Shown here: in pieces, positions 29,865-37,538 of the stretch | How positions within the stretch are numbered: the first letter of the stretch is position 1 | Layout of the letters: each line of letters begins with the position of its first letter | Assembly: GCA_031409335.1 (NCBI GenBank) | Contig: JANNWY010000083.1 | Coordinates: forward strand, 64,001 to 128,000 | Reading direction: 5' to 3' | From: Chthoniobacteraceae bacterium | Lineage (GTDB): Bacteria > Verrucomicrobiota > Verrucomicrobiia > Chthoniobacterales > Chthoniobacteraceae | DNA: 64,000 bases | Made by a program: the position numbers and the translations under genes | The notes under the pieces: model-generated | What the model was told of the DNA's origin: nothing | The model's input: the letters and a program-made list of their open reading frames with translations, nothing else | Database searches by the model: none

Positions 29865-30593
29865 GTGAAGCGTCGTCGCACCAACCGCGAATCGAAATCG
29901 CGCCTCGTCCGTGAGGATTCGCCCGAATACGGCGCCACCCCGCCCCGCTTCATTGATCTCTTTTGCGGCATCGGCGGCTTCCGCATCGCCTTCGAGCGGG
30001 CGGGCGGACGCTGCGTCTTCTCCTCCGACTACGACAAATTCAGCCAGCAGACCTACGAGGCGAATTTCGGTGAGCACCCCCACGGCGACATCCACAGCGT
30101 CGCCGTCGCCGACATCCCCGCGCACGACATCCTCTGCGGCAGCTTCCCCTGCCAGCCCTTCAGCATCGCGGGCGTCTCGAAGAAACTGAGCCTCGGCCGC
30201 AAGCACGGCTTCGAGGACGTGAAGCAGGGCAACCTCTTCTTTTCCATTGCCGACATCCTCGACTTCCACCGCCCCGCCGCGTTCGTCCTCGAGAACGTCA
30301 CGAACCTCAAGGGCCACGACGGCGGCAAGACCTTCGAGATCATCCACCGCACCCTCACCGAAGCGCTCGGCTACACCGTCGATCACAAGATCATCGACGC
30401 GCAGAGCGTCGTCCCCCAGCACCGCGAGCGCATCTTCATCGTCGGCTTCCGCGAGCGCGCAAGGGTGGGCTCGTTTAGTAAAAGGGTGCGCGAGCGAGCG
30501 CCGAAGGCACGACCGGTATCTCTCCCTGCTCGTAACGTGCGGTCACCTGCTGCACGAGTTCCAGAAACCACGACCGGGCATCCGGTGCGATGA
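29865..30593 (+). pseudogene. dcm: Truncated DNA (cytosine-5) methyltransferase, Dcm/M.EcoRII-like
   Basis: Motifs I (FIDLFCGIGG), IV (FPCQPFS), VI (ENV) and VIII (PQHRERIFIVG), plus GVSKKLSLGRKHGF; homology stops at about 30456, with no TRD or motifs IX-X. Confidence 0.8.
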
Positions 30594-31731
30594 GCACTCG
30601 CTCGATCGTCTTTGCCACATTGATCTTTACCCATCGTCCCGCCGAGGCAGTCGGTTCACTCTCCAATTTCAGCAGCGCTGCCATCTTCGTTGGCTCGATG
30701 ATCGCCCTCACCTCGCGCTCATGCTCAAAGGACTTTCGTTTGTAGAGAAATGGCGCGAGCGGATTGCTCTCCGGAATCCATCCTTTCTCATAATCCACGT
30801 AGCGAACCATTCCGACCCGCGCCTGCTCGCCCATCGCCGCCTGCAACTTCCGAAACGTCGTCTGCACACACACCGCCTCGTGTGTGAGCGCGTAGAGCTT
30901 CCACATTGCCGCTGACTCCTGCTCATTGCTGTGCCAGCAACTCACTGCAACGTGTCCGCGCAGGCGCTTCACCATTTCTCCGGCGGTGAGGTGAAAGCGG
31001 TTCGGCAGGTGGTTATAAACTCGTGGTCGAAACTCTTCATTGCCTCGCGCATACGACCCTTCGAATGGGTCCACCAGCATCTCCACCGTCGGGAAGTAGA
31101 GGCCTTCGTTCTGAAGCATCGAGACAAATTTCGTGAAGTCCATGTAGCGCCACAGCGGGATGTCCGGGTCGGCCGGCGGCATGAAGAGAGTATATGGCGC
31201 AGCGTGGCTCTCGCCTGCTCCATTGGCCGACTTCATCCGCGGAACTAAGCCTCGCCGGAGATGATCGAGGTAATTCTCCAAACCAGCTTTTCGAGCTGCA
31301 ATAGCGGCAGCCTTGGCAGGCTCCTCGCCGCCATACTTCTTCACCGTAAAGGGTTTGACGACGATCTTTCTATCGATCCCGGGCCAGTCTGCTGACCAGA
31401 AAGGATAAAAGCGGTCTCCATTCGGAGTCCTCTTTCTGCCATTGGAGCGATAGATTCCGTGCTCAGGGTCAAGATCGACGTCTCCAAACTTCCCATACCC
31501 GATCCCTGAAGCGGCAAACTCATTCTCCATCGCGTCGCGGAAGCGTTGAGCCATCAGCCGCGATGGTTCTTCTCCGCCATACCGATTCCAGTTGAACGAC
31601 TCACTCACCGGCTTTCGCCCCTTGGATGTGAAATGGACCTGCCACGAGCGGGTCCATGAGTTGGTTCCCCTCTTCCGGTAATTCTGCGGACGGATGTTCC
31701 TCATCTCTCCGGTTAGCGGTGCGTGGCGCAT
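30475..31731 (-). CDS. Two AP2-like domains fused to a DUF2971-like domain
   Basis: WQVHF...SFNWNRYGGEEPSRLMAQRFR and WSADW...PFTVKKYGGEEPAKAAAIAAR; then LWRYMDFTKF, DPFEG, SCWH...ESAAMWKLY, KRKSFEHEREVR. Confidence 0.7.
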   Translation of the reverse strand: MRHAPLTGEMRNIRPQNYRKRGTNSWTRSWQVHFTSKGRKPVSESFNWNRYGGEEPSRLMAQRFRDAMENEFAASGIGYGKFGDVDLDPEHGIYRSNGRKRTPNGDRFYPFWSADWPGIDRKIVVKPFTVKKYGGEEPAKAAAIAARKAGLENYLDHLRRGLVPRMKSANGAGESHAAPYTLFMPPADPDIPLWRYMDFTKFVSMLQNEGLYFPTVEMLVDPFEGSYARGNEEFRPRVYNHLPNRFHLTAGEMVKRLRGHVAVSCWHSNEQESAAMWKLYALTHEAVCVQTTFRKLQAAMGEQARVGMVRYVDYEKGWIPESNPLAPFLYKRKSFEHEREVRAIIEPTKMAALLKLESEPTASAGRWVKINVAKTIERVLIAPDARSWFLELVQQVTARYEQGEIPVVPSALARAPFY

Positions 31732-31810
31732 CGTTGCAGCCTACAAAAGAGACCGCGCGACGCCAGCGCCGAGACGACGCATTGGATTGGGCGTGATGCC
31801 GTCCATGCAC

Positions 31811-32450
31811 CGGCCCGGAGGGCCGACGGAAATTAGCCGGTGGCGTCAGCCACCGGAACCGCATCCCAACAGAATCCGCCCCGGCAGGGGCGGCGGAATC
31901 GCGCTCACCACAGATACCGCTCGTCGTATTCCACGCCGCCGAGTCGCAGGAATTCGAGATACTCATCCTGGTAAGTCTGTTTTCGGTGATGCTCCTCCTG
32001 CCGTTCGATGTAGCCCCGAACCCCTACGCACTGCGGTGGACTGACCGTGAAACCGCCGTAGCCCTCCTGCCATGAAAAGAGGCCGTCACTGATTTCGTCA
32101 TGCACCCAGCGGGACGAAACCGCTTTCACCGAGCCGACAACATCCGCGAGGCAATGCGTCGCCCGCAGGCCGATGAGCAAATGAACGTGGTCATCAACAC
32201 CGCCAACAGCCTCCGCAATGCCACCAAGATTGCGCACGATGCCGCCGAGATACGCGTGCAGCCGTTCGCGCCACGCGGTGACGATGAACGGGCGACGTTC
32301 TTTGGTGCTAAAGACGATGTGATAGTGGAGCGAGAGATGGGTGGATGGCATCGCGGCGAGGTTCTAGCGCCCCTGCCGGGGCGCATGGCTTTTCTATCTG
32401 CAATCCGGTGGCTGACGCCACCGGCTAATTTCGATGCAGCCCTTCGGGCT
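31811..32450. mobile_element. IS200/IS605-family (Y1/RAYT-like) element with about 85-bp inverted ends, each containing three palindromes
   Basis: Perfect 29-bp inverted core gaaattagccggtggcgtcagccaccgga (31829-31857 and 32404-32432), plus shared gccc-n3-gggc and gccccggcaggggc hairpins. Confidence 0.8.
31905..32351 (-). CDS. tnpA: Y1 HUH transposase (IS200 TnpA/RAYT-like)
   Basis: YHIVFSTKERRP, DHVHLL (HUH), FSWQEGYG, YIERQEEHH. Confidence 0.93.
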   Translation of the reverse strand: MPSTHLSLHYHIVFSTKERRPFIVTAWRERLHAYLGGIVRNLGGIAEAVGGVDDHVHLLIGLRATHCLADVVGSVKAVSSRWVHDEISDGLFSWQEGYGGFTVSPPQCVGVRGYIERQEEHHRKQTYQDEYLEFLRLGGVEYDERYLW

Positions 32451-32777
32451 TCCGCGCAGATCGCGATTTTCACCGCGCAACTCAAACAACTCCCGAAACC
32501 CGACTTCCTCCGCGCATGGTGCGCCGTCGCCTATGCCTTCCCCGGCCTGCATCCCGATGGCTACGAGGACGCCGGGAGCGGCGGGCCGCGCGTGCTGAAA
32601 CGCTTCGCCGCCGAGGCGTGGCGCCGGGCGGACGCGGGCGAACTCGCCGACGAAGAACTCTACCCCTGCGACGCCCAATGGTCGGGCCTCTACGACCGGA
32701 TGCACACGCACGAGGACGACGAAACCGCCCGCCGTTTCCAAATCGCCGCCGACCTCGGCGCGCGCGCCGATGGCTGA
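32451..32777 (+). pseudogene. Start-less hypothetical ORF, probably interrupted by the Y1 element
   Basis: Open frame of 108 codons with host-like codon use; overlaps the vsr start; no early start codon after the element. Confidence 0.45.
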
Positions 32778-33279
32778 TGTCTTCACGAAGGCAAAGCGCA
32801 GCGCCGTCATGTCGCTCATCCGCTCGCGCGGCAACCGCGCGACCGAACTCCGCCTCATCGCGCTGATGCGCGAACACGGCATCACCGGCTGGCGGCGGAA
32901 CGCGCGCGTTTTCGGCAAGCCCGATTTCGTCTTCCGCCACGAGCGTGTCGCCGTGTTTGCCGATGGCTGCTTTTGGCACGGCTGCCCGCGACACGCGACG
33001 ATGCCAGCGAGCAATCGCGCATTTTGGCAAGCCAAACTCGCGCGCAACATGGCGCGGGATCGCGAGGTGACGCGAAGGCTGCGCGCGGCGGGCTGGCGCG
33101 TGGTGCGGGTGTGGGAGTGTGCGCTGTCGCCCGCCCGCGCTGTTGCCACGATGGCGCGTATCTCGCGCGCCCTGGGAGGGGCGGAGATGGATGGCGTCGT
33201 GGCAATGCCGCACCGGATGGCGGGCGGTCTCGCGGGGCGGAAATTCATTCTCGACGAACGGCGCAAGCCCAAGCGATAA
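32770..33279 (+). CDS. vsr: Very short patch repair endonuclease
   Basis: MADVFTKAKRSAVMSLIRS, GKPDFVF, DGCFWHGC, KLARNMARD, GWRVVRVWEC. Confidence 0.94.
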   Translation: MADVFTKAKRSAVMSLIRSRGNRATELRLIALMREHGITGWRRNARVFGKPDFVFRHERVAVFADGCFWHGCPRHATMPASNRAFWQAKLARNMARDREVTRRLRAAGWRVVRVWECALSPARAVATMARISRALGGAEMDGVVAMPHRMAGGLAGRKFILDERRKPKR

Positions 33280-33318
33280 CGCTGAAAAAAGCCGGTCAGT
33301 TTTTGCGAAAGGAATCCT

Positions 33319-34344
33319 GTGAACCCACAACCACCCGAACTCAAGACAGACGAACTCGAAGCGGTCCAGCAACTTCACCAGCACTACCAAGGCGTCGTGC
33401 GGCAGATGGGTGGAGTGATTGTCGGGTTGGAGGATGTGATCGAGCAACTGCTGGTGGTGCTGCTCTGCCGCGGCCACGGGATTCTGGAGGGTGTGCCGGG
33501 TCTGGCAAAAACGCTGATGGTTTCGACGCTGGCTTCCTTGCTGGGGATGACGTTTCGGCGGATTCAATTCACGCCGGATCTGATGCCTTCGGACATCACG
33601 GGGACGGAGATTTTGGAGGAAGATCACACGACCGGAAAGCGGGTGTTCAAGTTTGTACGCGGGGCGATTTTTGGGAATATCGTCCTGGCGGATGAGATCA
33701 ATCGCACCCCGCCGAAAACGCAGAGTGCGCTGCTGGAGGCGATGCAGGAGCGGCAGATCACGGTTGGCGGTGAGACTTACAAATTGCCGGACCCGTTCTT
33801 CGTGCTGGCCACGCAGAATCCCATCGAGCAGGAGGGCACCTATACTTTGCCCGAAGCGCAGCTTGATCGGTTCATGCTCAAGATCGAAGTCGATTACCCA
33901 TCGCGTCCGGAGGAGATCGAGATCGTGAAGCGTGCGACCACCGACTACACCAATGTGCCGCAGGTGGTCATCAGCACCGAACAGATCGTCACGATGCAAC
34001 GGCTGGTGCGCAAGGTGCCGGTCGCGGATCATGTCTATGAGTTTGCCGTGGACCTCGCGCGCTACACGCGTCCGTTGGCCGGTGGGAGTGACTACGTGAA
34101 GGAGATGGTGAACTGGGGTGCGGGACCGCGGGCGAGCATCTGCCTGATCCTCGCAGCCAAGGCGCGTGCGATCCTACATGGGCGGTATCATACGACTACG
34201 GAGGATGTGAGCGCGATGGCTCTGCCCGTCCTGCGGCATCGGATCGTGCCGACCTTCAACGCGGAGGCATCCGGCAAGGACGAGAATGCCATCGTGCGAC
34301 AAATGCTCGCGGAAATCGTGAAGGCATCGAAGAAGGCCGCGTAA
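33319..34344 (+). CDS. MoxR family AAA+ ATPase
   Basis: LEGVPGLAKT, RIQFTPDLMPSD, LADEINRTPPKTQSALLE, ATQNPIEQEGTY. Confidence 0.96.
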   Translation: MNPQPPELKTDELEAVQQLHQHYQGVVRQMGGVIVGLEDVIEQLLVVLLCRGHGILEGVPGLAKTLMVSTLASLLGMTFRRIQFTPDLMPSDITGTEILEEDHTTGKRVFKFVRGAIFGNIVLADEINRTPPKTQSALLEAMQERQITVGGETYKLPDPFFVLATQNPIEQEGTYTLPEAQLDRFMLKIEVDYPSRPEEIEIVKRATTDYTNVPQVVISTEQIVTMQRLVRKVPVADHVYEFAVDLARYTRPLAGGSDYVKEMVNWGAGPRASICLILAAKARAILHGRYHTTTEDVSAMALPVLRHRIVPTFNAEASGKDENAIVRQMLAEIVKASKKAA

Positions 34345-34392
34345 GTCGCGGAACCGCACTCTACCTGAAGCAGCTCCGAGACGAACGCATCC

Positions 34393-35307
34393 ATGACAAC
34401 TCTGGCCGGAGTTTCTGACGTTCTCAATCCGAAGGATTTGGCGCGGCTCGAAGGCCTCGAATTGCTGGCCAGTCGTGTGGTGGATGGGTTGCTCTCGGGG
34501 AAACATCGCTCGCAGATGAAAGGCGGGAGTGCTGAATTTACCGAGCACCGTGGCTACGTGCCGGGGGATGAAATCCGGCTGATTGACTGGAAGGTCTTCG
34601 GCAAGAGCGACCGTTACTTCATCAAGCAATACATTGAGCAAACGTGTTTGCAGGTGATCGTGGTGGTCGATGGCAGTGGCTCGATGGCATTTGGGTTGGA
34701 CGACATGACTAAGTTTCACTACGCGCGCTCGCTGGCCGCATGTCTGACCCGGCTCGTCCTTCGCCAAAGTGACTCGGCGGGTCTGGCGGTGCTGGGAAGC
34801 ACGGTGCGCAACTACGTGCCGCCACGGGCCAATCCCAATCACTTCCAGGCGATTGTGCGGATGCTGGGCGACGCGCAGCCGAGCGGCGAAACTTCGCTCG
34901 CGCAAAATCTGACGGAGCTGGCGCGTCGGATCAAGCGGCGCGGTTTGATCGTGCTGCTGAGCGATTGTTTTGACGATCTCGATGCGCTGCGGCAGGCGCT
35001 GCACTTTCTGCGCGCGCGCGGACACGAGATCATCCTGCTGCACACAATGGCGCGCGAGGAACTGACCTTTGACTTTGGCGGCTGGTCGCGCTTCGACTGT
35101 CTCGAGGTCGATGGCACCTTTCTCAGCCTCGATCCGGGTCTGGTGCGGAAAGACTATCTGGAAAGCGTACAAACATTTCTAAACGGACTGAAACGCATCT
35201 GTGGCGAAACCGGGTGTGACTATCATCCGCTGCCCACTGACCAACCGATGGGTGAGGCGCTGGCCTGGTATCTTCAGCGCCGCAGCGCCCGCCTCAAACA
35301 AACGTGA
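34393..35307 (+). CDS. DUF58 domain protein
   Basis: GKHRS, EFTEHRGYVPGDEIRLIDWK, DGSGSM. Confidence 0.93.
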   Translation: MTTLAGVSDVLNPKDLARLEGLELLASRVVDGLLSGKHRSQMKGGSAEFTEHRGYVPGDEIRLIDWKVFGKSDRYFIKQYIEQTCLQVIVVVDGSGSMAFGLDDMTKFHYARSLAACLTRLVLRQSDSAGLAVLGSTVRNYVPPRANPNHFQAIVRMLGDAQPSGETSLAQNLTELARRIKRRGLIVLLSDCFDDLDALRQALHFLRARGHEIILLHTMAREELTFDFGGWSRFDCLEVDGTFLSLDPGLVRKDYLESVQTFLNGLKRICGETGCDYHPLPTDQPMGEALAWYLQRRSARLKQT

Positions 35308-35308
35308 G

Positions 35309-37522
35309 TTGAATTTCCTCAGCCCAGCGTTCTTGATCGGCCTTCCCCTGGTCGCCATCCCACTGGTGATTCACATGCTGAGTCGCCGGCAGCAAAAGCG
35401 CATTTCGTGGGGTGCGATGCGGTTTCTGAAAGAAGCGGTGACCCGCAGACGCCGACTGTGGCGGCTGACCGACCTCCTTCTTTTACTCCTGCGCACGGCC
35501 GTCTTTCTGTTCTTCATCTGCGCACTCGCGCGTCCACTGCTTCCCGCCACATGGCTTGGCGGAGCGACGCCGCGCGAGGTCATCCTGGTGCTGGATCAAT
35601 CCATGTCGATGTCGCGAAAGGTTGGCGACACCTTGCTCTTCGATCTGCAAATCGAGCAGGCGAATGCCACGCTCGAAAAGCTGACGAGTCGCGATAGCGT
35701 GCGCATCATTCTCGCTGGCGAGACGCCGGAATGGCTCACACCCGACGCCATTGAGGTCAGCCCTTCCGCCATTCGGAAACTCCGCACGCAAGTCGATGGT
35801 CTGAAGCCTACGCTCGGTGCCGGAGACTTAATCGCCTGCGTGCGAGAAGCCGCGGACCTGGAAGCTCCCAAGGATAAGTCCGCGCGGGTGATCGTGGTCT
35901 TCAGCGATCGGCAAAGGTATGGCTGGAGGGTGGATGAGCGTCCGCTCTGGACGGCAGTGCAGACGCGCCTGCAACAGGCGGCGATCCCATCGAGCGTAAA
36001 CGTGCAGTTGCTGGGTGAAGGGGTAGCCGACACTGGCAACCTTTGCGTGAACCGGATCGAGGTGGCGCGTCCTTTCGCGGCGATTAAGCAGGAGTTGAAC
36101 TTCACTGCGCACGTCCAGAATCGCGGACCCAAACCGAGCGCCGCGACGTTACTCGGCTGGAAGACGGGTGATCAATCGCTCGGCGTGGCGACGATCCCGG
36201 AACTCGCGCCGGGCGCGAGCACGACCGTCAGCCTTGCGCATGAGTTTGCGAATGCGGGAGTTTTTGAAGTCGCTGGCCGCCTTGAAGCGAAAGATGCGCT
36301 GGCTGGCGACAATGATGCGCGGGTGCTGGTTCAAATCTATGAGCGCCTGCCGGTCTTGATCGTCGAAGATACGAACACTGGCGAGGCGATCGAGAGTGAT
36401 TCTGCCTTCGTGCTGGCAGCGCTCGGTGCCCGCAAGGCTGGGCCGGCCAATACCGGATGGCGCTCGGTTTTTGAGCCTGTCGTGATCGAGCCGATTGCCT
36501 TGCTGGCCACCGACCTGAACCGCTTTCGCTGCATCATCCTAGCCGATCCGCGAAATGTCGAACCGGCAGCCATCGACAAGCTGGAGGTATATGTCCGATC
36601 CGGCGGAGGCTTGTGGATGGCTTTGGGATCACATGCGAATGAGGTAGTCTTTAACGATCGCTGGTATCGCGGTGGGCTCGGTCTCGCGCCGTTGAAATTG
36701 ACCGCGGCAATCGGTGACGCGAACAATCGCGAGAAGTTCTTTGCGGTGCGCGCTGCGTCTGATGCGCATCCGGCGACGGCGCTGCTGTCGGATTTCCAGC
36801 GGCTCGATCTGGATCGCGCGCGCATTTATCGCCGGTATCAATTCGACGCGGCGAGCGGTAACGATGTCTCCGTGCTTTTGGAAGTGCAGCATGGCGATCC
36901 GGTGGTGGTCGAGCGCAAGCTGGAGCGCGGTCGCGTTCTCGTGCAAAGCATTCCACTCGGAATCTCATGGAGTTCGTTGCCACTTTGCCAGGCATACGTC
37001 GCGATGCTTCACGAATGGCTGTGGTATCTCGCGGAACCGGCTTTGCCTGCGCGAAACTTGGCAGTCGGTGAAGCAATTATGGAAGCCGCGAGTCCCAAGG
37101 ACATTGCCGAACTAACCTTGCCGGACAGCCGGATGATCGAGTGTGAAGCAACCGCTGCTTCTGGTGCCGCGCACTTCCGCCACGTGGCAACGCGCCTTCC
37201 CGGCGAATACGTGCTGCGGCTGAAGACCAAAGAGAGTGAGGCTGTGCCAACGAGATTCCTTGTGCAACGCAGCACGGAGGAGTCGGACCTGAAGATCCTT
37301 TCGGAACAGGACATGCAACAGATTCGCGCGACCAATGGCTTTCAAATCGATGCGGGTCCCGATGCGCTCGCGGTCAGCGGAAAGATCGAGGTGCCAAAGC
37401 ATCCGCTGGAAGGATGGCTGCTGGCAGCACTGGCTTTTGCACTTGTGGGTGAACTCCTGCTGGCTGGGTGGACGACCCAGCGGCGAAACCTCGCGCTGAA
37501 GCCAGTCGCCATGGGAGGATAA
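35309..37522 (+). CDS. BatA N-terminal / vWA / CARDB-like membrane protein
   Basis: TTG start; FLSPAFL...PLVIH...LLLLLR (BatA), MIDAS DQSMSM, FSD, C-terminal TM. Confidence 0.85.
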   Translation: MNFLSPAFLIGLPLVAIPLVIHMLSRRQQKRISWGAMRFLKEAVTRRRRLWRLTDLLLLLLRTAVFLFFICALARPLLPATWLGGATPREVILVLDQSMSMSRKVGDTLLFDLQIEQANATLEKLTSRDSVRIILAGETPEWLTPDAIEVSPSAIRKLRTQVDGLKPTLGAGDLIACVREAADLEAPKDKSARVIVVFSDRQRYGWRVDERPLWTAVQTRLQQAAIPSSVNVQLLGEGVADTGNLCVNRIEVARPFAAIKQELNFTAHVQNRGPKPSAATLLGWKTGDQSLGVATIPELAPGASTTVSLAHEFANAGVFEVAGRLEAKDALAGDNDARVLVQIYERLPVLIVEDTNTGEAIESDSAFVLAALGARKAGPANTGWRSVFEPVVIEPIALLATDLNRFRCIILADPRNVEPAAIDKLEVYVRSGGGLWMALGSHANEVVFNDRWYRGGLGLAPLKLTAAIGDANNREKFFAVRAASDAHPATALLSDFQRLDLDRARIYRRYQFDAASGNDVSVLLEVQHGDPVVVERKLERGRVLVQSIPLGISWSSLPLCQAYVAMLHEWLWYLAEPALPARNLAVGEAIMEAASPKDIAELTLPDSRMIECEATAASGAAHFRHVATRLPGEYVLRLKTKESEAVPTRFLVQRSTEESDLKILSEQDMQQIRATNGFQIDAGPDALAVSGKIEVPKHPLEGWLLAALAFALVGELLLAGWTTQRRNLALKPVAMGG

Positions 37523-37538
37523 CGCCGGTACCTGACCC

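Noticed and set aside
31811..32450. CRISPR repeats, integron attC sites or a TnpB/IscB element
   Set aside because: Only two inverted copies flank a lone Y1 tnpA; no spacers, integrase or RuvC nuclease gene
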